From an uncultured Desulfobacteraceae bacterium (GTDB lineage: Bacteria; Desulfobacterota; DSM-4660; Desulfatiglandales; HGW-15), in assembly GCA_964520425.1 (NCBI GenBank), contig CAZFMX010000008.1, positions 2,314-66,313 of the forward strand: 64,000 nt of DNA, given 5' to 3'. Numbering within the stretch: the first letter of the stretch is position 1; the number at the start of each line of letters is the position of its first letter. Made by a program: the position numbers and the translations under genes. Positions 1-9,907 of the stretch are shown here, in pieces. The notes beneath the pieces were generated by a model. It had not been told where the DNA came from. It searched no databases and saw only the letters and a list, made by a program, of their open reading frames with translations.

Positions 1-741
1 GGAACCGATCTTGCCGATCACGGCCTCTCCAGTGTTGATCCCTATCCCCATATACAGGTTGGGCAAACCGAGCTTTTCGTTTTCTTTATTGTAGGCATCC
101 ATGGCTATCTGCATCCGCGCCGCACAGCAGGCTGCATACTCAACTTCCTTCCCGCCGCTACGGGGATTTCCAAAAAGGGCCATAATGGAATCACCCATGA
201 ATTTGTCTACCGTTCCCCCGCAATCGTAGATGATCTCACACATACAGGTGAAATAGCGATTCAGCATTCCAACGACTTCTTGTGCAGAGCAACCCTTAGT
301 CATGAAGCTAAAACCGCGAAGATCAGAAAGAAGAATCGTCGCCTCTATGCTCTGACCATCCAGTGGATGAGAAGTCGTCTCATCGAAAATATTCCCGAGG
401 CGCCGATGGAGTTCTTGCCTCACAACAGCACGTTTAAAGGGATTCACGCTGTCAGGATTTTTATTGATCATATCCTCGACAGCCAACACAAGACGGTCGG
501 TAAGCAGCTCGATTTCTTGGTCTCGATTTAACAGACTCTGAGACATTAACAAACTGGAGGATAGATAAAGCGTAGAGTTTCGTCTTTGGCGTTGACTAAA
601 CAAAGTCAAGACGATAAGGACACCGCAAATGCCAAGCGCCGCCGCAGACTGCATACTTGGTTGGAGTATAGCATTAAATACAAGAAGAGCAGCGAGTAAC
701 GCGATGGCCGCTCTTTCAATAAGCTCTGTCTTCCTGTTCAT
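1..741 (-). CDS. Class III adenylate/guanylate cyclase, membrane-anchored; C-terminus runs off the window
   Basis: Absent from the ORF track because there is no stop inside the window. My own minus-strand translation from ATG 741-739 stays open to base 1 (247 codons). It reads MNRKTELIERAAIALLAALLVFNAILQ... (two hydrophobic segments), then cyclase core motifs ATILLSDLRGFS, VDKFMGDSIMALFG, MGIGINTGEAVIGKIGS. Confidence 0.8.
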   Translation of the reverse strand, partial: MNRKTELIERAAIALLAALLVFNAILQPSMQSAAALGICGVLIVLTLFSQRQRRNSTLYLSSSLLMSQSLLNRDQEIELLTDRLVLAVEDMINKNPDSVNPFKRAVVRQELHRRLGNIFDETTSHPLDGQSIEATILLSDLRGFSFMTKGCSAQEVVGMLNRYFTCMCEIIYDCGGTVDKFMGDSIMALFGNPRSGGKEVEYAACCAARMQIAMDAYNKENEKLGLPNLYMGIGINTGEAVIGKIGS

Positions 742-887
742 TCCAACTATTATATAGCATGTAGAGGGAAAAACTCAAGTATTTAACTAAAATAGGGCAT
801 ATTAGCGTTGTAGAGAAGGAGCGCTTGGGAAAAGGGTTTAGGACCCCTGGATTTGCGATAAAAACAGCTTATTCTGAAAATTCCATT

Positions 888-2528
888 CTAGGTAGTTTTC
901 AGTCTGATTAAGGAAGGATTATAATCCGCGACCTTTTCGTAACCCAAGAGGTTCAATAGGGTGGAGGAGATATTGGAAATGCCTGGGCTCTCGATGTCGG
1001 CCATCACATACTCCCCTTGATAAAGAGGATCGTATATGGCGAAGGGAACGGGATTCAAGGTATGAGATGTCTTGGTCTTTTTTCCGCCCTTTGAGTCAAC
1101 GGTAAACATCTCGTCCGCGTTTCCATGATCTGATGTGACCACGGCGATCCCCTCCAATTGCCTAATGACTTCCAAGAGATCCCCAACACATTCATCCACC
1201 GTTTCTACGGCAGTAACCGTCGCCTGGAAGACGCCTGTATGCCCAACCATATCTCCATTGGCAAAGTTTAGACGACCAAATCGATATTGACCCTGTTTCA
1301 ACATCTCAACGGCTTTGTCCTTAATCTCCAAGGCCTTCATTTTCGGGGCCTTATCAAACTCAATCTTGTCGGAGGGAATTTCCATATAAGACTCCCGTTC
1401 TCTATCAAAGTAGCCTGAGCGGTTACCATTCCAAAAATATGTAACATGGCCATATTTTTGGGTTTCTGAGACAGCAAACATTTTTATCCCGTCGGTGCAA
1501 AGATATTCACTGATGGTTCGGTCTATGTCAGGGGGTTGCACTAAAAAAAGAGGCGGAATATGCAAATCGCTATCATACTCCATAATACCGGCATAGAGGA
1601 TATCAGGTAGATCCCCTCCCCTGTCAAAGGCGCTGAAATCTTTCTCTGTAAAGGCCCGGGATATCTCGATGGCACGGTCTCCCCTATAGTTAAAGAAAAC
1701 AACCGCATCATTGTCCACAATGGGCCCCACCGGATGACCAGAATCATCGGTTATCACAAAAGAATCCATGTACTGATCTGTCATATTCGGATCTTCTTCG
1801 TAAAAAGTTTTGATCGCTTCTTCTGCTCTCCGAAAGAACCGACCTTTTCCCAAAACATGGGCATCCCATCCCCTTTTTACGACATCCCAATCAGCCTCAT
1901 AGCGATCCATGGTGACCCTCATCCGGCCACCGCCCGATGCTATAGCGTAGTCCAGTCCCTTGATTTCTGAAATTTCTCTCAGTTTCTTCTCGGTGGGCAT
2001 CACATAATCGAGTGCAGACCTCTCGCCTACATCCCGACCATCAAGGAGAGCATGAACACGAACCCTCCTCAATCCCAATTTAGCGCATTGGTTGATGAGT
2101 TTGTATAACTGATCGATGTGGGAGTGGACGTTGCCATCAGAAAGGAGACCTAGAAAATGAACGGTTCCACCCTTCCTGGCACGATCAATAATTCGGCCCC
2201 AGAGTTCTGTCTGGAATATGCTGCCGGTCTCAAAAGCCTTATTGACCAGACGCGCACCCTGATCAAATACCCGCCCTGCACCCAAGGCATTATGTCCGAC
2301 CTCACTGTTTCCCATATCCTTATCCGTAGGGAGTCCTACTGCCGTACCATGCGCTTGGAGTTGAGTGTATAGTTCTGATTCGAAAAGCCGATCCAGAGTA
2401 GGCGTTTTCGCCACGTACACGGCATTACTTTCGTCCGGTCGGCCGATCCCAATGCCGTCCATGATAATCAACAGAAGTGGGCCTTTTCGTCCGTGAAACG
2501 ATTTCAGTTTCTTGAGTTTAAGTGACAT
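888..2528 (-). CDS. gpmI: 2,3-bisphosphoglycerate-independent phosphoglycerate mutase
   Basis: 546-aa ORF with iPGM hallmarks LLLIIMDGIGIG, MGNSEVGHNALGAGR (catalytic Ser region) and VVTSDHGNADEM. Length is typical. Confidence 0.9.
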   Translation of the reverse strand: MSLKLKKLKSFHGRKGPLLLIIMDGIGIGRPDESNAVYVAKTPTLDRLFESELYTQLQAHGTAVGLPTDKDMGNSEVGHNALGAGRVFDQGARLVNKAFETGSIFQTELWGRIIDRARKGGTVHFLGLLSDGNVHSHIDQLYKLINQCAKLGLRRVRVHALLDGRDVGERSALDYVMPTEKKLREISEIKGLDYAIASGGGRMRVTMDRYEADWDVVKRGWDAHVLGKGRFFRRAEEAIKTFYEEDPNMTDQYMDSFVITDDSGHPVGPIVDNDAVVFFNYRGDRAIEISRAFTEKDFSAFDRGGDLPDILYAGIMEYDSDLHIPPLFLVQPPDIDRTISEYLCTDGIKMFAVSETQKYGHVTYFWNGNRSGYFDRERESYMEIPSDKIEFDKAPKMKALEIKDKAVEMLKQGQYRFGRLNFANGDMVGHTGVFQATVTAVETVDECVGDLLEVIRQLEGIAVVTSDHGNADEMFTVDSKGGKKTKTSHTLNPVPFAIYDPLYQGEYVMADIESPGISNISSTLLNLLGYEKVADYNPSLIRLKTT

Positions 2529-2577
2529 GATTCAAAACATACCAAAGGCACCTGTTCTTGGCAACCATCATACACTG

Positions 2578-2706
2578 CCCTGATTCACCATCAAGGCATC
2601 ATCTGTTGCGTTGCTTTCGATCGCTCCTCCTTGCGGCGTATTGCTATACGCCTCAGTTGTCGATCCTCGGCGCCTTACATCTAATACCTTAATGGTGATC
2701 AGGGAT
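2578..2706. repeat. Family-B long-hairpin MITE-like element, copy B1
   Basis: About 130 bp, about 75% identical by eye to 58702-58834. Ends are inverted (CCTGATTCACCATCAAGG ... CCTTAATGGTGATCAGGG). The whole unit is an imperfect palindrome centred on GGCGTATTGCTATACGCC. Confidence 0.7.
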
Positions 2707-3029
2707 AAGCCCAAACCACTTGATTTGAAAGAATATCTCCATATTAGATGGTGGATTTAGGACTGAGGCCTTTCAATCGAGGTTCTTCTCACTAAGGACA
2801 GTCTCAATCATATAGCCTTTTTAAAAGCTTTGCAGATGGAGTACTCCCTAACAGGAAAAAGCTCATTCGATGACCATTCGCCTTCTGTCCTAGGAGAAAA
2901 ACTCGGCTGTTCTGCTTCTAGAAAATTCTGGAAAACCTTTAGGGATCCCGGTATAAGGGATGACAACAAAGGAGCCGATTATGGTATCCCATGTGTGTTT
3001 CTAATGAGGAAAGGATCGGAATACCAACA

Positions 3030-4226
3030 ATGTCTGAAGGTTTTAGATTTCCAACCAGTGAAATCGATTGGAGACAACACCGAATACAGGAAGAACTCCT
3101 GCAGAATGGTGTGGATGGCCTTTTTATTGTTCAACGGGCTGACCTCCTCTATTTCACAGGAACGGCCCAGAGTGCTTTTCTGTATATGCCTGCCATAGGT
3201 GAACCGCTCCTTTGCGTAAAGAGGTATATGCCCAGGGCCCAGAAAGAGTCTTCTATCAAAAACCTAGTTAAAATAGAGTCCATCAGGGACGTTCCATCTC
3301 TCATCTCTGATTTCTTCGGCGAATTACCACGCGTTTTGGCTTTTGAATTCGATGTCATCCCGGTACAGGATTTCAATTTCTATCGCACGCTCTTCCCTGT
3401 TCAGGAGGTTGTGGATGGCTCTGCCCTCATCCGGAAAGTCCGTATGGTGAAGTCGAATTGGGAGGTACAGCAAATCGAGAGAACCGCTGAACTCAGCCAA
3501 AAAACCTTTGAATATATGAAAACAGCGATTCGTCCCGGTCTTACGGAAATGGAGTTCGCGTCCATGTACGAGGCCTTTGCACGCAGACTTGGCCATGGTG
3601 GCATGTTACGAGTAAGGGACTACCAGACCGAAGGTTATTCCTGGCATGTGCTGAGTGGAAAGAGTGGCGGGATGGTGGGTCTGTTGGACTCGCCGGTCAG
3701 CGGAGAAGGGACCTCTGTTGCTTTTCCATGTGGGGCAAGCCACAAGACGCTGGAAGCCAATGAACCGATCATGGTGGATTTTTCATCTGTCTTAAACGGC
3801 TACCACATGGATGAAACCAGGATGTTTAGCATAGGCCCCATGTCTGGTAAGGTTATGGAAGCGTGTAAGGCAGAAATAGAAATACATAACACGGTTCTAG
3901 AGAAGGTGAGGCCGGGGATTGCTACAGGAGAGCTCTATGAAATATCCCACGCCAAGGCCAAATTCCTGGGTTACGAGGAACAGTTTCTCGGCCCGCCTGG
4001 GTATAAAGTCACATTCATCGGACATGCTGTCGGACTTGAATTAGTGGAGGCCCCGGTTATCGCCAAGGGCAGAGAGGACCTTTTACTTCCCGGTATGACC
4101 ATTGCTCTAGAGCCCAAAATGGTCTTTCAAGATGAGTTCTCAGCGGGAATTGAGAGCGTCTTTTTGGTAACGGAGGAAGGATGTCGCCTGATAAGCAAGA
4201 CGCCTGTGGAGATCTTTATCTGTTGA
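3030..4226 (+). CDS. M24-family metallopeptidase (Xaa-Pro aminopeptidase/creatinase-like)
   Basis: The ORF opens at 2991. I prefer Met at 3030 (MSEGFRFPTSEIDW...). It has an N-terminal creatinase/prolidase-type domain and C-terminal pita-bread motifs (HMDETRMF, FIGHAVGLELVEAP, TIALEPK, GIESVFLVT). Confidence 0.75.
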   Translation: MSEGFRFPTSEIDWRQHRIQEELLQNGVDGLFIVQRADLLYFTGTAQSAFLYMPAIGEPLLCVKRYMPRAQKESSIKNLVKIESIRDVPSLISDFFGELPRVLAFEFDVIPVQDFNFYRTLFPVQEVVDGSALIRKVRMVKSNWEVQQIERTAELSQKTFEYMKTAIRPGLTEMEFASMYEAFARRLGHGGMLRVRDYQTEGYSWHVLSGKSGGMVGLLDSPVSGEGTSVAFPCGASHKTLEANEPIMVDFSSVLNGYHMDETRMFSIGPMSGKVMEACKAEIEIHNTVLEKVRPGIATGELYEISHAKAKFLGYEEQFLGPPGYKVTFIGHAVGLELVEAPVIAKGREDLLLPGMTIALEPKMVFQDEFSAGIESVFLVTEEGCRLISKTPVEIFIC

Positions 4227-4263
4227 ACAATGGTTGAGACATGGGGCTACAGGAAAACCCGTC

Positions 4264-4599
4264 TCAGGCGAGGGTCCTGAGAATTTCCTGAAGTTCGTTC
4301 CGCATCTCTCTAAGGAATTCTTGGTCCACAGAAACCTGCTTCTCGGACCTCTTTGCTTTCAGTCTTCTTCTGGCTCCTTCAATAGTCAGTTTTTCCTCAT
4401 AAAGGAGTTTCTTGATCTCAAAGATGATCTCCAGATCTCTCTTCTGATAAGTTCTCTGTTTGGAGTCGGCCCGATGGGGCCTGATTTGAGGGAATTCACT
4501 CTCCCAGTATCTGAGCACGTATGGCCGAACACCGATGATACGACTCACTTCACCTATCCGAAAATACTTCTTGTCTTCAGGGATTTCGCCCATATCCAT
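4264..4599 (-). CDS. MerR-family transcriptional regulator
   Basis: 111 aa. N-terminal HTH YFRIGEVSRIIGVRPYVLRYWESEF followed by a coiled-coil segment. Sits directly downstream of pheT. Confidence 0.8.
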   Translation of the reverse strand: MDMGEIPEDKKYFRIGEVSRIIGVRPYVLRYWESEFPQIRPHRADSKQRTYQKRDLEIIFEIKKLLYEEKLTIEGARRRLKAKRSEKQVSVDQEFLREMRNELQEILRTLA

Positions 4600-4668
4600 A
4601 GCTCCTTACATTCCGATCGTACCGGACAGTTTCCATTGGGTGTTACGGTGTCCGTATTCCAATTTTAC

Positions 4669-7083
4669 CTACCCCTCTCGTAATCGCGCGCCGATCTCTC
4701 TTCTGATTCTCTGGATAATTTCTTCATGTAACCGGTTGATTTCCTTGCCTTCCAAAGTCCCTTCCTTTGATCTGTAACAGATTCTAAGAGTCACGGCTTT
4801 TTCGGCCTTTTCGATCTTCCCCCCTTCATAAAGGTCATAGAGATGGACGGATTCCAGGAGATCTCCACCCTCTCTTTTTACAATCTCCTGGATCTTGCTG
4901 CTCTCCACCTTTCGCTGAACAATCAAGGAAATGTCTCTAAAGACCGCCGGAAATTTAGGCAGTGGTTTAAAAGTTATGGGTTCCGGTGTCTGTTCCAACA
5001 AAGCTCTAATGTCCAGTTCAAAGAGATAGGCCGTTAGGGTCTCCAAATCTGAGTCAACCATGAGTTTTGGTAGTACCTGACCCACGGTTCCTATTACACT
5101 ATCTGAGAGATAAATGCTGGATGAGTTTTCGGGATTGTAGTAGGGAGGCATCTCACTCCTCTTAAAAAGAGCACCATGGAAACCCAGTGTTTTTAACAAA
5201 ACCTCGACGATACCCTTGATATCGAAGAAATCTGCACTCCTTTCTTCGCAATACCACTGTTTCTGATTGAATAGCCCGGTCATTACAGCGACAAGAAAAG
5301 GCTTCTCATGGGGAAGCGCATCGGCCTCAGTATGGATAAATACATTTCCCCATTCAAAGAGTCTTAGATCTTTCACCCCGTATGCCACGTTGGTCCTGAC
5401 CGTCTCAAGGACCCCGGGAACCAGTGAGGTTCTCATAACAGACTGATCTACGGTAAGTGGATTCAAGATCGGGACAAAAGATCGGAGTGGGCTTTCTTCT
5501 CCCGCGATGAGTAAATCAGCGGTATCCGGCGAAACAAAACTGTAATTAATGACCTCGTTGAAACCCAGCCCCACCATGGTTTCTCTTAAGGTCGCGACCA
5601 TGACTTGCTCTGGAGGTTCCACTTCATCAGAGGGTTTTATGCTTGGACAGGTCACGGAGATCTTATCGAACCCTTCCATTCGAGCTACTTCCTCCACAAG
5701 ATCCACTTCTCGAGTGAGGTCAACACGAAATGTGGGAGGAGTAACTTGAAGGATGTCGGCATCCAATTTCTCCACTTCCATTTCCAAGGCCCTTAGGTGT
5801 TTCACAGCCCTTTCACAGGATATTGATGATCCCAGTAGACTGTTGGCTTTATCAATCCTCAGCTTGATCACGGAAGGGATATAGGGTTTCGGGTACTCAT
5901 CAATAAATCCCTTGGCAATTTCTCCTCCGCCCAGTTGATACATGAGCATCAAAGCCCTCTCCAGGGCGATGGATACGCTTTCAATATCCACGCCTCTTTC
6001 AAACCGATAGGATGCCTCTGTGGACATGCCGAGTCTCTTTGCTCCTTTACGTATGGTCACCGGATCGAAGAACGCGCTCTCGACTAATACGTTGGTCGAT
6101 CCTGAAAAAATCTCTGAATTGAGTCCTCCCATAATCCCTGCGACGGCCACGGCCCTCTCAGCGTCGCATATCATGAGCATTTCGGCATTCAGGTTATGGG
6201 ATTGCCCATCCAAAGTCATAAAGACCTCGTTCTCTTCCGCCCGACGAACGACGATCCTGTTTCCTTTCAGTCTGTCGTAATCAAAGGAATGAAGAGGATG
6301 TCCTGTTTCCAACAAAACATAATTGGTAACATCCACAATATTGTTGATGGCCCTCATACCTGAGACATGAAGACGGTATCTCAACCAGAACGGAGACGGT
6401 CTTGGTTCCACTCCTCTAATGATACCTGCCGCATAACGAGGGCATCCCCCGGGGTCATCAACAGTCACCTGAGTAAGATCTTCGATAGGGGTAGAGGAAG
6501 TGGTGACCCTTATTTCAGGTCGCTTCAGTTTCTGCCCTGTAATGGCTGCAATCTCTCTGGCGATACCGATAACCGATGCACAGTCCGGTCGGTTCGGTGT
6601 TATGGCAACGTCGAGTGCCCAATCTTCCAGGGAGAGGGTATGGAAGACTCGATCTCCAGGATTAAGGTCCGAGGGCAGAATCATTAGGCCTGTGTGATCA
6701 TCGGTCAGTCCCATCTCGTCTTCTGCCAGGAGCATCCCTTCTGACCGTTCACCTCTTATCCAACTTTCCTTGACCTTCAGTCCTCCCGGGAGTTCAGTGC
6801 CCGGGAGAGCCATGGGAACCAATGTCCCCTCTTCCAGATTGGGGGCACTGCAGACTACAGGTATTTCTCCATGGCCTGCATCCACACGACAGAGAAAGAG
6901 CCGCTCCGCATCAGGATGACGTGTTACAGACAGTATTTTTGCCGCCACAATGTCTTGAAGGGAGTGTCCTACAGGATCGAGGGTTTCAACTTCAAGGCCG
7001 GCCATGGTCAAGCGCTCTGCCAGATCATGAGGGGAGATATCTATATTCACATAATCTTTCAGCCAGTTTATACTTACACGCAT
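4669..7083 (-). CDS. pheT: Phenylalanine--tRNA ligase beta subunit
   Basis: 804 aa. N-terminal tRNA-binding domain (MRVSINWLKDYV...), B3/4 and B5 regions, and a C-terminal anticodon-binding-like domain. Immediately downstream of pheS. Confidence 0.95.
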   Translation of the reverse strand: MRVSINWLKDYVNIDISPHDLAERLTMAGLEVETLDPVGHSLQDIVAAKILSVTRHPDAERLFLCRVDAGHGEIPVVCSAPNLEEGTLVPMALPGTELPGGLKVKESWIRGERSEGMLLAEDEMGLTDDHTGLMILPSDLNPGDRVFHTLSLEDWALDVAITPNRPDCASVIGIAREIAAITGQKLKRPEIRVTTSSTPIEDLTQVTVDDPGGCPRYAAGIIRGVEPRPSPFWLRYRLHVSGMRAINNIVDVTNYVLLETGHPLHSFDYDRLKGNRIVVRRAEENEVFMTLDGQSHNLNAEMLMICDAERAVAVAGIMGGLNSEIFSGSTNVLVESAFFDPVTIRKGAKRLGMSTEASYRFERGVDIESVSIALERALMLMYQLGGGEIAKGFIDEYPKPYIPSVIKLRIDKANSLLGSSISCERAVKHLRALEMEVEKLDADILQVTPPTFRVDLTREVDLVEEVARMEGFDKISVTCPSIKPSDEVEPPEQVMVATLRETMVGLGFNEVINYSFVSPDTADLLIAGEESPLRSFVPILNPLTVDQSVMRTSLVPGVLETVRTNVAYGVKDLRLFEWGNVFIHTEADALPHEKPFLVAVMTGLFNQKQWYCEERSADFFDIKGIVEVLLKTLGFHGALFKRSEMPPYYNPENSSSIYLSDSVIGTVGQVLPKLMVDSDLETLTAYLFELDIRALLEQTPEPITFKPLPKFPAVFRDISLIVQRKVESSKIQEIVKREGGDLLESVHLYDLYEGGKIEKAEKAVTLRICYRSKEGTLEGKEINRLHEEIIQRIRREIGARLREG

Positions 7084-7101
7084 ACGCTCTCAACTCCCCT
7101 A

Positions 7102-8109
7102 TCAAAACTGTCTAAGGAATCTTATGTCATTCTTAAAGAAGAGCTGAATATCATCGATTCCATATTTAAGCATGGCAACCCGCTCTATTCCCATGCCAAA
7201 GGCAAACCCGGAATAGACCTCCGGATCATACCCAACAAAGCGGTACACCTCTGGATCCACCATGCCTGATCCCAATATCTCCAGCCAACCTGTATTGGAA
7301 CAGGTACGACAACCCTTTCCCTTGCATATGACACATCGAATATCCACCTCTGCACTAGGCTCAGTAAAAGGAAAGAAGCTGGGCCTGAACCTCAAAGCCG
7401 TATCCTTGCCGAACATCTGATGGACAAAGCTGGTGAGGCTCCCTTTCAAGTCCCCGAGAGTCACCCCTTTGTCCACAAGAAGGCCTTCCACCTGATGAAA
7501 CATGGGGGTATGAGACACATCGGAATCCCTCCGATATACCTTCCCGGGAATAATCACACTCACAGGCGGTGGCTGAGATTCCATGACACGGACTTGCATG
7601 GGAGATGTGTGAGTTCTTAGAACCACGTTGTCTGAGACGTACAAGGTATCCTGCATATCCCTGGCTGGGTGATCTTTTGGAAAATTAAGGGCCTCAAAGT
7701 TATAATAATCCAGTTCAACTTCTGGTCCTGAGAGAACGGAATAACCCATTCTCACAAATATGTGACAGATTTCGTTAAGCACCTGTGTAATCGGGTGCAG
7801 TGTGCCTCTGGCTGGTTCCCGCCCAGGAAGAGTTACATCCATAAGAGAATCGTCCGATGTCTTTCCAGACTCTAACCTATTCCGTGCCTCATCAAGAAGC
7901 TTCTGTAAACGATTTTTAATCCGGTTGGCCAACTTGCCCACCTCGGGTCGTTCCTCCGGGGGTAAAGCCTTCAACTGCTTCATTGAGGAAGTAACTACAC
8001 TCTTTTTCCCGAGGTAGGTAATCCGTAATTGCTCCAATTCAGAAAGATCGCGTATGGTCTCAATCTCATCGGACGCCCTTTTCTCAATTTCAAGGAGTTC
8101 TTCTTTCAT
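7102..8109 (-). CDS. pheS: Phenylalanine--tRNA ligase alpha subunit
   Basis: 335 aa with class II aaRS motifs ([45 protein letters not shown]). Confidence 0.95.
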   Translation of the reverse strand: MKEELLEIEKRASDEIETIRDLSELEQLRITYLGKKSVVTSSMKQLKALPPEERPEVGKLANRIKNRLQKLLDEARNRLESGKTSDDSLMDVTLPGREPARGTLHPITQVLNEICHIFVRMGYSVLSGPEVELDYYNFEALNFPKDHPARDMQDTLYVSDNVVLRTHTSPMQVRVMESQPPPVSVIIPGKVYRRDSDVSHTPMFHQVEGLLVDKGVTLGDLKGSLTSFVHQMFGKDTALRFRPSFFPFTEPSAEVDIRCVICKGKGCRTCSNTGWLEILGSGMVDPEVYRFVGYDPEVYSGFAFGMGIERVAMLKYGIDDIQLFFKNDIRFLRQF

Positions 8110-8129
8110 GCTTTCGCTCGGTCATCACT

Positions 8130-8238
8130 ACAAATCAGCTGGTTCTGCTGATTTGTCCTTGTTCATTACCGCAAATCAGCCGGTGCGATCAGTGACCGGC
8201 TGAATTTGCATAGCAAATGGATTTTTGGAAAATCCATT
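8130..8238 (-). other. Three consecutive stem-loops in the pheS 5' leader
   Basis: The hairpins are 8216-8238 AATGGATTTT/AAAATCCATT, 8171-8209 TCAGCCGGT/ACCGGCTGA and 8130-8156 AAATCAGC/GCTGATTT. The last ends about 20 nt before the pheS ATG. Confidence 0.5.
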
Positions 8239-8287
8239 AGGAACGGATCTCTGACAATCAATTACAGTCGCAGTAAACAATGAAACT

Positions 8288-8459
8288 CCCCGTAGCAAGC
8301 TACGGGGCATCGAAGCTGAATTCGTCGAAGCTGACCCGCCTTTCCATCCTCTGTAGCAGGCGACTGCGGAGGGCATGCGTAGCTTCGGCGGGTCACCTCG
8401 CCATCATGTCAAGCCGTAGCTTTATGCAAAGGCTGATCCCCCTGCAACAAACTGCAGGG
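8288..8459. repeat. Cluster of three short palindromic (REP-like) units
   Basis: Units are 8288-8307 CCCCGTAGCAAGCTACGGGG, 8348-8372 CCTCTGTAGCAGGCGACTGCGGAGG and 8440-8459 CCCTGCAACAAACTGCAGGG. The same motif class recurs at 25808, 26745, 36388, 36502 and 42801. Confidence 0.75.
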
Positions 8460-8482
8460 TATCCTGGCGAAGGTGAATGAAC

Positions 8483-8517
8483 CAAAAACCCCGTCTGAAC
8501 CAAAGCCAAACGGGGCC
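8483..8517 (-). terminator. Intrinsic terminator downstream of rplT
   Basis: Minus-strand RNA reads CCCCGUUUGG-CUUUGGU-UCAGACGGGG followed by UUUUU. That is a 10-bp stem including G-U pairs. Confidence 0.7.
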
Positions 8518-8616
8518 TTCTCCCATATCATGTCTCCGGTTGAGGGCATCAGACTTCCTTTGCACTTGCCCCACAGACCGACGCAATGCACGGGATCATT
8601 TGCATATTCTCATGGC

Positions 8617-8973
8617 TCAAGAAACGGAGGGCCTCGCCACTCTTACTATTTCTGAAAAGGTTGCAGGATCATTTATAGCCATGTCGGCGAGAATCTTTCT
8701 ATCCAAACTAACCCCCGCCTTGTGCAATCCCCCAATGAAAGTGCTGTAAGACAGTCCATTGTCCCTGGCTGCCGCGTTAATCCGCGAAATCCAGAGCCGT
8801 CTAAAATCCCTCTTCCTAGTCCTTCTGTCCCGGTAAGCAAACATTCCCGCCCTGTTGATGGCGATGGCGGCTGTTTTAAAAAGCCTACTCTGACCGCCTC
8901 TAAAGCCTTTTGCGGCTTTGAGTATCTTGTTTCTTCGTTGCCTGGCTTTAAAGCCTCTTTTCACTCTTGGCAT
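8617..8973 (-). CDS. rplT: 50S ribosomal protein L20
   Basis: 118 aa, [26 protein letters not shown]... is the canonical L20 N-terminus. Confidence 0.97.
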   Translation of the reverse strand: MPRVKRGFKARQRRNKILKAAKGFRGGQSRLFKTAAIAINRAGMFAYRDRRTRKRDFRRLWISRINAAARDNGLSYSTFIGGLHKAGVSLDRKILADMAINDPATFSEIVRVARPSVS

Positions 8974-9066
8974 AATTAAACCTCACTCCACAGTCTTTTA
9001 CCGTATACAATGTAAAAAATCCCAGACCTTCAAGCCTCGGATTTCCAGTCAGATCCCGATATCCAT

Positions 9067-9264
9067 TCATGCATAAGGGATAAGCCTGTTCACCTTCTGC
9101 AAATTGGTAGAATCTACAAGGGCCGATTTACGTAAACTACGCTTCCTTTTAGTCGTCTTTTTCGTAAGAATATGGTTCCCAAAAGCCTTATTACGTACAA
9201 CCTTTCCCGAACCCGTGGTCTTGAATCTTTTGGCTGCTCCGCGGTTGGTTTTTATTTTTGGCAT
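9067..9264 (-). CDS. rpmI: 50S ribosomal protein L35
   Basis: 65 aa, [21 protein letters not shown]... Confidence 0.97.
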   Translation of the reverse strand: MPKIKTNRGAAKRFKTTGSGKVVRNKAFGNHILTKKTTKRKRSLRKSALVDSTNLQKVNRLIPYA

Positions 9265-9386
9265 ACTCGAATCTCCATCCTTTGAAAACTTGGCGGTTTT
9301 TCCTCCATTGACAAGGCAATATTTTCTCCCGCCATTTGCTACACCTGACCGAAGACCAGGCGCATGGTTTGTTTTTTCTTAAGTCC

Positions 9387-9902
9387 CTACTTGGGGACAA
9401 TGACCATAGTCAGGTTGCGGCCTTCCTGTTTTGGGGGCTGTTCTACCGTTCCTTCTTCAATGACTTCCTCCTCAACCCTCTTCAGGAGTTCCACACTCGC
9501 GTCTTTGTAAGCCAGTTCTCTTCCCCGAAAAACCACAGTCACCTTCACTTTGTCTTTCTTGGCCAGGAATTTCTTGATATTCCTTATCTTGAAACCCAGA
9601 TCATGCTCTTCAGTATGTGGTCTGAGCTTAATCTCCTTTAGCTGTGAAGACCTTCCCTTCTTTCGAGTACTTTGCTCCCGCTTGCTCGCCTCGTACTTGA
9701 ACTTGCCGTAATCCATGATCCTACAAACGGGGGGATCTGAGTTCGGGGCTACTTCAACGAGATCCAGCCCTTCCTCCATAGCGGCATTCAGTGCATCCCG
9801 AATGCCCGCGATACCCAGCTGACGCCCATCAACGGAAATCAATCTCACTGTCTTTGCATGTATCCTATTGTTCACTCTAATAGAATCAATCTTCTTTGCT
9901 AT
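9387..9902 (-). CDS. infC: Translation initiation factor IF-3 (probable non-AUG start)
   Basis: The ORF track starts at GTG 9875. The frame stays open upstream (IAKKIDSIRVNNRIHAKTVRLISVDGRQLG). GGAGG at 9916-9912 lies 9 nt before ATA 9902-9900, and an ATT sits at 9890-9888. The IF-3 core is unambiguous. Confidence 0.85.
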   Translation of the reverse strand: MAKKIDSIRVNNRIHAKTVRLISVDGRQLGIAGIRDALNAAMEEGLDLVEVAPNSDPPVCRIMDYGKFKYEASKREQSTRKKGRSSQLKEIKLRPHTEEHDLGFKIRNIKKFLAKKDKVKVTVVFRGRELAYKDASVELLKRVEEEVIEEGTVEQPPKQEGRNLTMVIVPK

Positions 9903-9907
9903 CGCCG

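Noticed and set aside
280-531. 83-aa plus-strand ORF from the track
   Set aside because: It lies antisense inside the cyclase gene (1-741, minus strand), which carries clear catalytic motifs. The plus-strand peptide has no recognisable features.
4234-4683. 149-aa plus-strand ORF
   Set aside because: It is antisense to the well-supported MerR gene.
8176-8749. Five to six small ORFs in the rplT-pheS spacer
   Set aside because: They are read-through translations of palindromic repeats on both strands (PRSLLRG-type peptides). There is no RBS and they overlap one another.
9265-9386. L20-binding translational operator between infC and rpmI
   Set aside because: A small hairpin (CCUGGUCUUCGGUCAGG) exists, but I cannot show the pseudoknot or 23S-mimic features of known L20 leaders.
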